Shown here piece by piece: positions 50,558 through 64,000 of a stretch of DNA of 64,000 nt. The translations under genes were made by a program, and so were the position numbers. Numbering within the stretch: the first letter of the stretch is position 1; every line of letters begins with the position of its first letter. The stretch lies in assembly GCA_002633005.1 (NCBI GenBank), contig NMRA01000043.1:246857-310856 (forward strand). Direction: 5' to 3'. The stretch comes from Phoronis australis (taxonomy: Eukaryota; Animalia; Phoronida). The notes below the pieces were generated by a model. It was given only the letters and a program-made list of their open reading frames with translations. It had not been told where the DNA came from and did no database searches.

Positions 50558-51643
50558 GTGAGTATCATTTGAATTAATAGATTTTTACGGAGTGCGTCTT
50601 CCGTTGTGTATTTTAAAATAATCTCGGTAGGTCTATGAGAAAATTAGCGGAACTCCTTAACTGACAGAATGAGGGTGATAGGCGTAAAGCGAAGATTTTT
50701 CAGTTGCCGCGATGATTAGTGGTCCAGGAAACGCAGCCCTGAAATAAGTTCTTTTCTACTAAACTAGATTTTTTTCTTAAGAAAGACATTGTTTTCCTGA
50801 ATACAAATTCCGGGAGAAAAAAATGCCATTCTTCAAAAAAAATGCGGTTGAGTATAAAGAACTAAGTTTAGAAAAAATAGAAATGTGATTTATAAGAATA
50901 GAACTGCAGTTCATGAGAAGAGCACTGGGTCAATGAGAAAATCACACTTTTAATTAACACACTCATGAGGGAGGGAGATTGTGCACACCATATGTCGGTC
51001 CACACGAAAAATAAGCAACCGATTTAGCGTGTGGTGTATACCGATACACCCCTTATTATTTCACTGCGACAGTTCTAGAAGATTTGAAAACACAAAGTTG
51101 GCAGAAATTTTGCGAAATAATGTTCTCTTGGAATCAATCTAAATGGCTCCTTCGATAACTTTCGGTAAAATTCGTCGACAGTTTGCATGTAAAATTAGAG
51201 AGGCTTCGCAAAGCCACGTGAAATACTTAACTGCACGTGCCGATTAACGTTACAGTAACAAAAATGAGTTTCGAAACAGCTAAATATTTGCGTAAACGTG
51301 AAAGTAAACGTGAACTGAATTACTGAACTCGGGGTGCCGTCCAGTTATTTTAGGCCAAGTACATGTCAGATTAGTTTACAAAAACTAAAAAGTCACTCTG
51401 CCAAAGCAACTTCTTCTACGTGAAAAAAGTCGTTTCTATGAACTCCTGCGAGAAATGGTCAACTCTTAGAATGCGAAATTTATTTGAAGTTTAAAATAAA
51501 TAGATGCATATAAATTACACACGAAAAAAGTTAACGCAAAATTATATCTGTTAAAAATCCATTCTAGTTCGATGATATCCAGCGAACCCCGACAGAATAA
51601 GGATTTTGGAAAAGGTGCTTTCTTGCACTCAAATAAACTTTAA

Positions 51644-53317
51644 AGTCCTTCTCTCACGCGTTGTTAACCCTTATTACATGGTTAGAAGATGTTATAAGGA
51701 TCCAAGAAGTACCTACCCCATAACTAATACACGATCCGTACTCGAAAAAAGTTTAAATGAACGCGCCACTCACGATACGCACCCGAAGAAACACCGCCAT
51801 TTTGAACTTGCCGCGAACCCGGAAGTACAATTCATTCAGGAACCCAGGCCGAGAAAACGCCGTCAGTGCGACTGGAGCAGTGCCTGTACTGTTACCAGCC
51901 AGCAAACGGGGATAAAAAAATCGACAGCGCGCCTTAATTTTGATAAAATCAAACTACGGACAATTTTATGGAATTTGCTGAAGAAATGTGATTAATAAAT
52001 TTTTGACAGAAATTATTTTGCCAGACTCGGGACCGCAGCCTATCGGACCCGGTGCGGATCGAGACCAGACACTGGCGAACGGTAAATACATGCGGTTGCA
52101 AGCTGTTTTGTCGAAGTAAAATGGTCAAATGATAAATGCTGCATATATTCAAGGGTAGTTTCAGACACTTGCATGAAATTACGGGCTGGTTAGTCCTGTG
52201 TCACACTGCCGCGGCAGACCTTAGTTAGCCTCAGTCACCAGCTACCAGTGAAGACTATAGTCAAAATACAGCTTGTTAGTAGGCCTATACAGCTTTGCGC
52301 CAAGGCTACCCGTAGGCCTTACTGGTCGCTGGCCACAAACACAAAAAACACAAAAATTGAACAAAGTTTCTTTTTTTGTAGCAACGTTTGTCAAAATGTA
52401 TCAACGTTAAATCTTCACAAATTACAAAGTAGCCGATTGAACATGCCTTTCAGTTCAGCAAAAGTCGCCATTTTCGGTGCCGCCAGAAATGAGACGAAGT
52501 CCAACGGGAATTGTGAGCACATTTATCACTTAATGAGTAACAACTGCGAGGCAAAAATTTGGTGAACACTGTTAAATCGTGCAGAATAGTAAGTAAAGAT
52601 ATGTCTAACTAAATTTCACCGTAATTTGTTGGCGAAAACAATTTACACAAAGTTTTAAACTCGTAACTCATCCCGCTGTCCTCCAATATGGCCGACGCGA
52701 TCCAAACAAAAGTGACCCAAATTTCGCCACAAAACTTGCAATAACTTTACAGTGCTTGCCCCGATTTTGATACTTTTTCGATTTTTACCGAGTAGAATGT
52801 ACTACCTTTCCGATGATAGCAAAGTACTTTTTCAAAACGAGGAAAAAATAAACCGAAAAAAATTGGTTCGACACATATTGGTTCCTAGGTTCGATCCGCC
52901 TACGTAAGGAACTAAACACCAATGCTATTTTAACATACTAAGTACGCGTAACATTCCAAAAAATCAACGACCACTAACTACAAACTATAAATACACTACA
53001 TATGCAAACGAATCACGATATATTACTAATAAAACAAAATAATGAAGACTTTTCGAGCAAGCCATAGCACATTCAGTTACAAAGAAAAATGGCGGCGTTC
53101 AGGACAAGTTCCTGAACTGATGAGCCGGAAATGTGGGTACGGAAATAACTGATGACAACCGGTAATCATACGCTCAGAGAGAAGAGTCAAATACTGTTAA
53201 AAATCGCTTTTGGCAAGAAAGGCGAAAAGAATATAAAGAAAGGGTGTCGAAAATAAGAATTTATGTAGTAAGTATTTTCGGATACTGGAACCACATGGGC
53301 AGTTTGAGAGAAGGACT
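51644..53317. mobile_element. Non-autonomous Kolobok-type element
   Basis: TTAA TSD at 51640-51643 and 53318-53321, with TIR agtccttctctca / tgagagaaggact. Confidence 0.75.
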
Positions 53318-54295
53318 TTAAGAACATTTATAGGCAAAACAATCGTGTCCATTTTATGCTGAAGCAAAGAAGAACGGTTGAGAACCCTATAAAAATAAAA
53401 ATCATTCGATGTCTTACCAAATAAGAATTAAAAGGGGCCACAGGTTTCGCGTTCAAAGCGACGCAAATCTCTGTGTATTCCCGTAAAGTACTCAAATACT
53501 ATCAGGATTACGTCACAGCCAACAATGGCATGTATGACGCGGTATTTAAATGCGTGATAATTCACGTTCACGTCGCTTTGCGAAACCTCTCTAATTGCGT
53601 GACATTTACGCGACGTTTGCATTAACTGCCGCTTGACGTCTGTAGATCTCCCTCTATAGTTATCCTCGATTTAATTTCATTGGTCACTAATCGTTCGCTG
53701 ATTTCCCGCATATGGAAATGACGTAAACTACGTGTAACTGAGAGGGTATGATCAGTACAACCCTCTGACCATCCTGTCCTTTTCGGAAAACGTAACGGAT
53801 GGGATAAACCTGACTAGCTCTTGAAAATCTAAGTTTTGACAGTGGCCATTTTACCGCCATAAAGATCGTGAGCATGGTATTTCCTCGGATTGGAAAAGAC
53901 ATTTGGACTTGGAAAGAATGCTATTATGTCTCGAGACTTTGGGTCCAATGTTCATCAATTGACAGGGTGAAAACAGTTTGTTTAATTGAGCCTGCACAGT
54001 CAAGTTGAGACAAAGTACCAAGCTCAGAAATTGTATATTACCCCAAGTAAAAAGCTATTAGAGTGTAATGAACTACGGTGCAGGAATCATGCCCTGCAAT
54101 TAACCAGCAGTGAGTGCGCAATGCGGGTTTGTAGCGGCACATTTAAAAATAAATCGTGAATCGTGATTTTAATCAACAACTTTGAAGACACCTGTACTCG
54201 TGGCGCTAACATTTTGCCATAAAAAGCCAAAACTGTATCCTAGGAACCAGTAAGGTTTTATGCTCAATGTAAATGTTTTCTACGGTCCATTTCAG

Positions 54296-54384
54296 CTAAC
54301 CAGTGCGCGCTTGAGGTCCAAAGTTGTCTGAGTTCAAGGAAAGGTGGCGACACAATCAAGATAGCTCATCCTGGACTCTGTTAA
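54296..54384 (+). CDS. Kazal inhibitor terminal exon (end of domain 4)
   Basis: atttcag acceptor; SNQCALEVQSCLSSRKGGDTIKIAHPGLC*. Confidence 0.92.
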
Positions 54385-54502
54385 TTTAACCAGTATACAG
54401 AGTTTGAAAAGACAACTATAGAACATTAAGAAATGGTTAAAACTGTGCTCAAATATTTCCTTTGTATTATGATGTAAATGTAACCAGAAAATTGATTATC
54501 CC

Positions 54503-55820
54503 AGAAATAAAGTTCACAAAGCACGCTCATTCACTAGACCTGTAGAAATGAAGTTCACAAAGCACGCTCATTCACTAGACCAGTAGAAATAAAGTTCACA
54601 AAGCACGCTCCTTCACTAGACCTCTAGAAATAAAGTTCACAAAGCACGCTCATTCACTAGACCTGTAGAAATAAAGTTCACAAAGCACGCTCATTCACTA
54701 GACCTGTAGAAATAAAGTTCACAAAGCACGCTCATTCACTAGACCTGTAGAAATAAAGTTCACAAAGCACGCTCATTCACTAGACCTGTAGAAATAAAGT
54801 TCACAAAGCACGCTCATTCACTAGACCTGTAGAAATAAAGTTCACAAAGCACGCTCATTCACTAGACCTGTAGAAATAAAGTTCACAAAGCACGCTCATT
54901 CACTAGACCTGTAGAAATAAAGTTCACAAAGCACGCTCATTCACTAGACCTGTAGAAATAAAGTTCACAAAGCACGCTCATTCACTAGACCTGTAGAAAT
55001 AAAGTTCACAAAGCACGCTCATTCACTAGACCTGTAGAAATAAAGTTCACAAAGCACGCTCATTCACTAGACCTGTAGAAATAAAGTTCACAAAGCACGC
55101 TCATTCACTAGACCTGTAGAAATAAAGTTCACAAAGCACGCTCATTCACTAGACCTGTAGAAATAAAGTTCACAAAGCACGCTCATTCACTAGACCTGTA
55201 GAAATAAAGTTCACAAAGCACGCTCATTCACTAGACCTGTAGAAATAAAGTTCACAAAGCACGCTCATTCACTAGACCTGTAGAAATAAAGTTCACAAAG
55301 CACGCTCATTCACTAGACCTGTAGAAATAAAGTTCACAAAGCACGCTCATTCACTAGACCTGTAGAAATAAAGTTCACAAAGCACGCTCATTCACTAGAC
55401 CTGTAGAAATAAAGTTCACAAAGCACGCTCATTCACTAGACCTGTAGAAATAAAGTTCACAAAGCACGCTCATTCACTAGACCTTTAGAAATAAAGTTCA
55501 CAAAGCACGCTCATTCATTAGACCTGTTGAAATAAAGTTCACAAAGCACGCTCATTCACTAGACCTGTAGAAATAAAGTTCACAAAGCACGCTCATTCAC
55601 TAGACCTTTAGAAATAAAGTTCACAAAGCACGCTCGTTCATTAGACCTGTTGAAATAAAGTTCACAAAGCACGCTCATTCACTAGACCTGTAGAAATAAA
55701 GTTCACAAAGCACGCTCATTCACTAGACCTTTAGAAATAAAGTTCACAAAGCACGCTCGTTCATTAGACCTGTTGAAATAAAGTTCACAAAGCACGGTCA
55801 TTCACTAGACCTGTAGAAAT
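54503..55820. repeat. 41-bp minisatellite, 32 copies, containing AATAAA
   Basis: agaaataaagttcacaaagcacgctcattcactagacctgt tandem, highly homogeneous. Confidence 0.97.
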
Positions 55821-56298
55821 TTCAATCAGCCATGTATTTACAGCACCGACCATCTTTAAATGATAAATCATGACCAGATTTTCTACAGCTACAGCCAGTT
55901 AACCCTGGGCTAATAATTTCAAAATTTAATTCAGTAAAATTATAAATCTTTTAATGTTATGCTTCTGGCAGCATCCTGACGTCTCGGTATTTTCAAGTGA
56001 TGGGATAATATACATTTTAATTTAAGGAATACGGCATTTAATTCAATTCGTTCTAGGAGGAATTCGATTATTTCTGGTCGTTTTTTATTTGTGAAATTAA
56101 TTAATTTTCGGTAGCAGCCCTTTATTAGCACAAACTTGACGGCTTTCCATTGGCATGCAGTTACATAAAAATGGCCGAAATAATTAGAACACAAGTAGTA
56201 GTCAGTACCACTGTTCCTTGAATAAAAAAATATGTCGCATTTCCTTTAAGATTTTGAAGTCTCTGTTAATCAGTCATGAAAAACCTGTGCTGAATTAA

Positions 56299-56620
56299 GA
56301 GTGACTCCGTGTAAAAACCAACAGGTAGAATCTATACCCAAAATCACAGATTTTTTTTTAAGATTTCGCACGAGTTTGGTTTGGTGAGATATAGAAAAAT
56401 CTCGCTTTTTAAGTTTTTCTCTTTTTATGACCTGTACCCCCATTTTGCAACAAATTGGGCGCCGAAATACACATATTTGAAAGCATTTTACTAACATGTG
56501 TAGTAAGCTGATAACAAATGAGTGATACAGTTTGAAAGGACTGTTATTGAAAAGTCTAATGGCATAACCATAGGCGTGACTTTTTCCCGCCAGATGTGAA
56601 TTTGAATTTCTGAAAAATTT
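56299..56620 (+). mobile_element. Sola3 terminal fragment
   Basis: TTAA then gagtgactccgtgtaaaaaccaacaggtaga..., homologous to 21047-21360. Confidence 0.8.
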
Positions 56621-56660
56621 CCATCCAATTTTGACGAGAAACAAGGCATAATATCAAACC

Positions 56661-59340
56661 ATGGACGACGAAACTAGAAAAAGGAACGCCAGCACCGAAA
56701 GCACTGCATTGAATGCGATTACTAAGAAGATGACGCAAACCACACTAGATTTTAGAAGTATTACCCCAGTCCGTGAGGCAGATCGCAGTACCTGTGAAAG
56801 TGACCCTGAAATTCTCAGGTTTCAAACGGCACTAACATCGCCAGAAGTGATCAAAACTTTGAGAGAGTAACTGATAGATCCTGCCCTCACCGAGATTAAG
56901 AGCTTTTATGAATCCAAACTAAAGGAAAAAGACTACCAGATTCATGACCTCAAGGTGCATGTGAGTGACCTTCAAAATAGTGTGGACAATCTTGAGCAAT
57001 ATTCCCGTAGAAATGATATAGTAATCCACGGAATCAACGAGCTAGAAAATGAACGCAAAGGGGACACTGATAAAGCCGTTATTGATCTCGGCAAGATGCT
57101 TAATATCGACATCAGTTACGAAGACGTACGTAGATCTCATAGACTAGGACCCAAGAAACCCAATCAGTCAAGACCAATCATATGCAAATTCATATCCTAA
57201 AACACCTGCGCGATGGTTCTACACCAAAAAGTAACTCAAATCCCAAGACAGACCACTGTACATTAACGAGAATTTGACAAAAAGGGAGATCTAGTCTATT
57301 TGCTCGCTGTCTGTTTCTGTTTCTGTGGTGACGTCAGAGGGTAGGCACCGGGATAGTCTCTAGCCCTTCTCCTTCCAGTATCGCACGCAATGTAAATTTG
57401 GTGATGCAACCAAGTTCGTGCTGGTTACACACTCTTCGATCTTTTCCCCTGATACGAGTTTTTGCTGCATCTCCGTATTGCCATCCTCGCTCTATGAGGC
57501 GCTTTGTTGCCCATCTCTCCTGCTGTTGTGCAATCTCGGCATCTGTAAGCGATTCACGCACTCTGGAGATTACATCTGCTGGTGTGAGGAGCTGGTCGGC
57601 AATCGGTTCTGTGATGCCTGCAAGCTCATCCGCCTTGACGTTGAATGAGATGCCACAGTGTCCTGGTATATAAACACTGGTGAAGAGACCATTAATAGAG
57701 CTGAACAGAGGGATCCAGGAATCTTTCACAAGATCAGTTTTTAGCCTGCTAATGAGGCTGACGGAGCCTGTAAGTAGAAATGATCTGTCTGCAGGTGTTG
57801 TGTTCTGTGGGAGCCATACTAGGGCGTCTTCATATGCTTCACATTCAGCTCTAAAAGACGAGGATTTTCCAACCCGTGCTGTTGACCATTCGAAGAGGCG
57901 TTGACTCTCGGGAGTCCAAGCAACTGCTGCCCAAGCCGTAGTGTCATCTCTTAGTGAGCCGTCCGTAACAACAATGATTGTGGGAGATTGTTCTTCAAGC
58001 CATTCCAATACAGTTGCTTGGTTGATACAGTCAGCTCTTTCCCGACAACGACGGCCTCCAATCTCCATGGTGTTGATGACAAAGTTTGTGTCTTTGGACC
58101 ACTCTATGCTGTCGATGTTCTCCACTGGACATACCTCTTTGACAAGCTCCCTAGCTCTGATAACGCATGATTGAACATTTTCAGCCTCTGTGCAGTGTGC
58201 TCATCACTGTGCTCTCTCAAGTCCAGGTACAGAGGATGAGAGTTGGTTGTAGCTGCCTTTAGAAATGCTTGGGCTGCTAGTGTCTTCTGTTTAGTACGGG
58301 TGCTATTGATACCTAACCAGTATTGGAGACTGTCTACCGGAGTGGGTCTAGCTGCACTGGTTGCTATTCTCATGTCCTGGTTTTGAATCCTCTGTAGTTT
58401 GGTCATTGACGGTTGGGAGGCACATAGGCACAGATGGAGCCTATACTCAGTTCTTGCGCCGACAGTTGCATTCATGAGCTGCACCAGGCTGTTTTGTTGT
58501 ATCTGCTGGGCTGCTGCATATCTCAACAGTGACAGGCTCTTGGCACCTTTCTCAGCTAGGAATTCGAAATGGGAGTTCATCGTCATTCTTCTATCCATCT
58601 TAATTCCTAGATAGGTAACTTCAGAGACTTGAGGTATCAAGGCTCCCATATATCCCAGCTAGGTGAACATGTTTGGGTTGAAATAACTCGTGAGGCTAAC
58701 ATCCATTCCCCTTTATCTGGTTGGATGGACATCTTGTTGTCTTCTGTCCAATCGGCCACACCATCACTTGCTGATTGCAGGCCCTCCACGGCATGTCTTG
58801 GAACGTTCGCCTCATTGGCGACTATCAAGTCATCAACATAGCTGTATGGTGAAGCTCCACCTACACTTGCTGCTTGTATGAGATCTGACGTGCAGACGTT
58901 AAAGAGCACTGAGCTGAGAGGGGACCCTTGCGGGAGGCCTTCAAGAGCTTGCTTCAAAGATGCTTGACTTCCACTTGCCGAGTTTGAGTTGACATCTGCG
59001 GGTATCCAGCAAGACTAGAATCCAACGGATCATCATATCGGACACCTGCATTTGTCTGAGTTTGTTGGCAAGAATACCCGCATCCACCTTGTTGCAGGCG
59101 TCTTCCAGATCGAAGAGAGCAATCGCAGTGTGTGGCGAAACCTGCATTCCCTGCTGAATTTCATGCAGTATCGCTGTCAGCGCCTCGTGAAATCACACAC
59201 AATAAGCAGAACCTGGACCATGATGGAAACATTTTGATTCAAATGAAAGAAAACAAGATCAAGCAAATCAATTCGAGACAGACTTACTTGTGCTCGAAAA
59301 CTGTGAACTGTAGCCTGTATTCCGCATCACTGAATTGATG
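56661..59340 (+). pseudogene. CR1/L2-group LINE ORF1, split by a nested LINE
   Basis: Coiled coil, then LEQYSRRNDIVIHGI...RSHRLG...RPIICKF...YINENLTK up to 57311. Resumes at 59171 with RCQRLVKSHTISRTWT(M)DGNI. Stops and frameshifts present. Confidence 0.85.
57312..59170 (-). mobile_element. 5'-truncated I-group (Ingi/Nimb-like) LINE with RT and RNase H
   Basis: FDLEDACNKV, GLPQGSPLSSVLFN, YVDD, YLG (RT); VTDGS, RAECEA, YIPGHCGISFNVKADELA (RNase H). (ACAGAA)n 3' tail. 8-bp TSD TCGCTGTC at 57304-57311 and 59171-59178. Confidence 0.9.
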
Positions 59341-60759
59341 ATTTGTAGAATGCAACACATATTAGTCAAGCTATAGCGTAATCTCATAGTCAACTCTAGC
59401 CATGTTTGTTTACTCTGTTCTGGCGCAGCCCGAGTCTTTCACTCCGAGTCTACTCTTACAGGCCACCCAGTAAACAAATCCTTGTCTTTAACCCACACAT
59501 CCGTTTACAGGTGCAGTGTTGATAATGAAGGGGTTACATAACTAAGACGAGTCATCATAGTGACTATTACCTCACTAGCACACTTTTGTTTTCTGACTCC
59601 TAATTTACCCCAAATCCTAATCTCCAGAAATTGCTTCATAGTAGTTACCAAAAGGTCACTGCATACTCTCTTGGTACACGTTAGCATAAATTTAGAGGCT
59701 AGGAAAAGTGAGAACGTGCAGACGCATGCTTACAAGTCATTCTCTGAATATAACCTGTGACCCAATAACATTATTATGCGCTCAAAGAAAGTCAAAACGA
59801 GCTCTTGCCGATAAATTTTGATTTTGATATTGGCATGGCAATTTTTGGCCCACTGAGAAGCTCGGTGCAGCAAAAAGTACAACTCGCGTGAATTTTGATT
59901 TTGCAAGTGATAAAGTGACTTAAAATGCACTTCTGGGTCAATTAGCAGCAGCTTATACGCATAGCTTCCTAATAACAATGAGACAACAAGGAGTGAAATC
60001 AGAACATCTTATATCTTAGTAATGCATATTTTTAAGGAATTTTACGACTCACTTGTGTCTTGACTATGAAACTACACTGAACTTGACAACTGCAGCTATA
60101 TCATTCATATACGTGTACACATGTTACCTCAAATGATTCATTTTCATCTACTGATCTAGTCATCCCATCAAGTGTCACTCAGTTCATGAGTTCAATTCGC
60201 TTTTTAAGTTGTTTCAACTTTAATAACCATTGACGTTCAAGCTAAAATGGCCAATCGAGTATAGTATTGACTTAGAGCCCTATTTGACTCGGGCGGCGAC
60301 ATGTGCAATAATATCAATGTAATTGGCAATATCCTTTCATCCCAAAGTACAGTATTCATGTTCTACATATGTACAAATTGTCTACCACGTTGGCTCTTAC
60401 CTATTTGTATTAATCTCACATCTGTAGTACGCCTATCCACTTCACTTTTTAATGTTACTCAATCATCAGTTTTCTATTTACAAAATTTAGCCTAAGTAAT
60501 TGTAATTAAATTAGTAGTGGTGGGAATTTTCATGCCTCCCCTTTTGTTTACACCCTGGTGTTCATTGCTTTTGTCCTTACTTAATTACTTTTAGTCTATT
60601 CACACGCCTGTACATATTTTTTTTCTTCTGTTGTTAGATAAGCATGCTAAGTATGAACTGTATGAATTTATTAGGTTTTAACTACACACACAATAATTAC
60701 AATTGTCCGGGTGTCTGGAAAACAAAAATACCCAATTGCTTTTCGCCTATCACGCTCGA

Positions 60760-63700
60760 CCTCACTTTTCTATAAGGAAAACGACCGCGAACTGCGCACT
60801 AACGTATTGTTTACTACACAGTGAAGAACTCACGTTGTGATATCAGAGTTATCATTGAGCAAACGAACTAATAAAACAATTGTTATCAACGGGTATTTCA
60901 ACGCAAGAAATAGTACTTGGTACTCAGAAGACAATGACAACCAAGCCGGTCTCGAATTATTCGATATTATCCTCTCAAATGACTGTGTACAACTAATAAA
61001 CGAACCGACACGTTTAACAGAGTATTCACATTCTTGCCTTGATATATGTATTACTAACAATCTCGGATTAATTGAATCCACTTCTGTAAGGCCTCCCATT
61101 GGTAACTCGGACCACCACGTTATTGAAACAACATTCACACTCAACTGCTTACCTAAAGAACCAGACGTTATCAAGCAGATCTGGAATTACAACCTCATTA
61201 ACATGGACAAACTGCGCTCTGACATAACCACATTTAACTGGGCTGAAATACTTAACAAAAGTGACATAAATGACGCAGTCTCAATATTCACACAGTCACT
61301 CTACAACATACTGAATAATAATATCCCATCAACCATGAAAACAATAAAAAACAAGAACAAACCGCGGTTTAACTATAACATTAAGACTGAAATAAATAAA
61401 GGAAACAAACTGTACAGATCGTTCAGAAAATCAAATAACCCGTGCACGTTTAAGTGCTATGAAGAACAGTGCAAGAGTGTGGAAGAACTAACTAAAAGGA
61501 CAAAACAAGACTATTAGATGAAAAATATCTCCAACATCAACAATGTCTCAAAAAATTCAAAGGAATATTGGGATATAAAAAACAAAATTCGAAGACAGGT
61601 AAAGCAAGCTTCATACCCCACCCTCCACTCAAAGGAATCCAACACTCAGGCATCATCCAAAGCTGAAAAAGTAAGTTATTTTTAGAATACTTCACCGCCA
61701 TGAGTCACGTTACACCAACAACAAGCTTTCTCGAATTCCCAAACAGAACATTAGAACACCTCTCTGACATACAAGCCCAACCATCTGAAGTGCGACAACT
61801 ACTAGAAAATATTGACGAAAACAAAAACGACGGTACCAATCTCATAATCAATAAAATGATTAAGATAATAGCAAGAGAGGTTACAGCTCCTATGACAACA
61901 TTATATAACAAAATACTACAATCTGGAAAATTTCCTTTGAACTGGGAACTTGGTGTTATGATACCAATACACCAAAAGAACTCCAAAACAGACAATGCCA
62001 ACTATCGCCCCATAACTCTACTTAACACCCTATCCAAAATTTTAGAAAAAAATAATTTCTCAACACATGTTTGACCACCTCTCTTCACAAAACCTCATAT
62101 ATCGTCGCCAATTCGGATTCATGCCTGATAAAAGCACTGTGTCCTAACTTACAGAAATTGTACACGAAATCCACCTCCAGTTTGAGCAAGGATACAACGT
62201 GAGATCCGTTTTCTTAGACATTGCGTCAGCTTTTGATGTCGTTCACCATGATCTGCTTCTACATAAATTACAATCTTACGGTTTTTCTTCAACTCTTTTC
62301 TCACTTTAAAATCATATCTGGAATGTCGAACTTACAAAGTCCGAATAGAGGGTGTCTTATCACGCTCATCAACGCCAGGTTTCGTTAATGCTGGAGTACC
62401 ACAGGGTAGCGTACTAGGCCCCTTACTCTTTTTATCGTACATCAATGATCTTCCAGACACAATAAACTCTAAGATATTCTTATATGCTGATGACACTGCA
62501 ATTTTCTACCCATTCTCAAAAGAGAGTCCCCATGACTCCTTACAATTGCAAACTGACCTAAACAAACTCTATGACTGGTCTTGCAAATGGAAGATGAAAT
62601 TTAAACCTGAAAAAAGTGTTGATCTTATATTTTCTAAGTCTAATAATACTCAATTTCAAATAAATCCAATGCTGGAATTATCACTCAATGGGGAAGTTAT
62701 TCCCAATAAGTTCACACACAAACACCTTGGATTGATACTAGACCATAACCTTACATTTAGGCCCTACACCTCACGGTCGCGATCTCGTTCACAAAGTACA
62801 AAAATTAATCAATCCAGTTAGAATTGTCTCTTGTCATCTCAACTCCATGCATCTTGAAACTCTGTTCAAGTCTTTTGTTCTTCCACATCTAGATTACTGT
62901 GACATAATCTACCAATCGGCAAACGCTGGCATACTTCTTCAATTAGAAAGACTACAATACCAAGCAGCTTTAGCCATAACAGGAGCATACAAAGGATCCA
63001 ACACAATTAAGGTTCTAAACAGTCTCAACTGGAGCAAACTAGCAACCCGTCGTAAACTCCACTTGTCCATGTATACATTCAAAGTTATAACCAACATAAA
63101 CAATTACTCAAACAAAATCCTCTTTGACTCCTACGAAAGACCTAACACGAGACCAGAACTGCGGCAAAGTAATATGCATACTATTCCATCTTCCCTCAGT
63201 CAAGCCTTCAGAAAATCTACCATATTAACTTGTATAGACAACTGGAATTCCTTACCATCCGAAACAAAAGAAAGCACTTCAATCGTCACTCTAAAAATAA
63301 CTTTCAAATGCATACTACTACTCAAGAGTTGCCAGTCCCATTGACATCTTCCAACTTCCTCGCAACCACGAAATAATCCTATACAGATCAAGATGCGGTC
63401 TATTTCAAATCAACAAGAAATTTAGACAAAATTTTAATAATATTTCGCCTCTGTGTTGCTGTGGAGACGCACAGACAAATGCTCATGTTTTCTTTGCTTG
63501 TGAGGTATGCAAGGAGGAGAGGGTACAGCTTTTCCAGACACTCGAACAATACCCCAATATTTATAAAAAAATATTCTGAAATTCCGCAAGTGTACAACAG
63601 AATTTTTTCTATATGGAAGTCAAGAACTCAATCCAAATGAAAATAAGGTTTTATTCGAAATAGTATCAAAATTTCTTTATAATAATAAATTTCTTTGTGT

Positions 63701-63970
63701 GAGTGAATAGAATTGTATAAATGTGTATGAAAATGATTTACTTACTTTCGTAATCATATGTCATTGTAATCTTAACAACAGTTTTTTTTTTTCAATTTAT
63801 GCATTTGTGTAAAATAATTGTATACAGATTTCTTTTTTTATGTATTTGTGTAAAATAATAGTATACAGATTTCTTTGTACTTTTTAACCCAGATATAATG
63901 CCTCTTGGCGCTTTCTGGGCTATGTATATTCATTGTATCGAAGATTTCGTAATAAACATTATAAAAAATA
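60760..63970 (+). mobile_element. CR1/L2-group LINE ORF2 (APE + RT), decayed, with 3' UTR
   Basis: QLINEPTR...LDI...SDH (APE); NYRPITLL, GVPQGSVLGPLLF, YADD at 62483-62494, HLG, PHLDYCDI. 3' stem-loop cccaga...tctggg, AATAAA and A-rich tail. Many frameshifts. Confidence 0.92.
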
Positions 63971-63972
63971 AC

Positions 63973-64000
63973 CATAGGCGGATTTAGGGGGGGGGGGGGG
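63973..64000 (-). mobile_element. End of another hAT-like element copy
   Basis: cataggcggatttagggggg is the reverse complement of the ends at 39233 and 48393. Confidence 0.75.

Noticed and set aside
54503-55820. CRISPR-like array
   Set aside because: Units are head-to-tail with no unique spacers, the context is eukaryotic, and there are no cas genes.
60000-60640. Possible minus-strand LINE 3' remnant
   Set aside because: Only a weak resemblance; no convincing motif or boundary.

Overview
AT-rich eukaryotic (metazoan, probably marine invertebrate) draft-assembly window dominated by nested transposable elements, with N gaps at 18170-18497, 30021-30772 and 48215-48254 and several single-n joins. 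Two host genes are supported: the last coding exon of RBM42 (12442-12554, +) and a five-exon, four-domain Kazal protease inhibitor (42542-54384, +). The most unusual object is an 11.1 kb DNA transposon (26875-37988) with 49-bp CACCCC TIRs and two convergent intron-containing genes. One gene is a long protein joining a C2H2 finger, a YqaJ/lambda-exonuclease domain and P-element-type DDE motifs. The other is a 5x C2H2 zinc-finger protein. The window also holds a deleted Kolobok nested in a pogo-like MITE, Sola3 and Academ remnants, Penelope-like inverted ends with minimal hammerhead ribozymes, CA..TG MITEs with 5-bp TSDs, an RNase H-bearing LINE inserted into a CR1/L2-type LINE, and several minisatellites. 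All assignments come from motif recognition by eye; no database searches were run.
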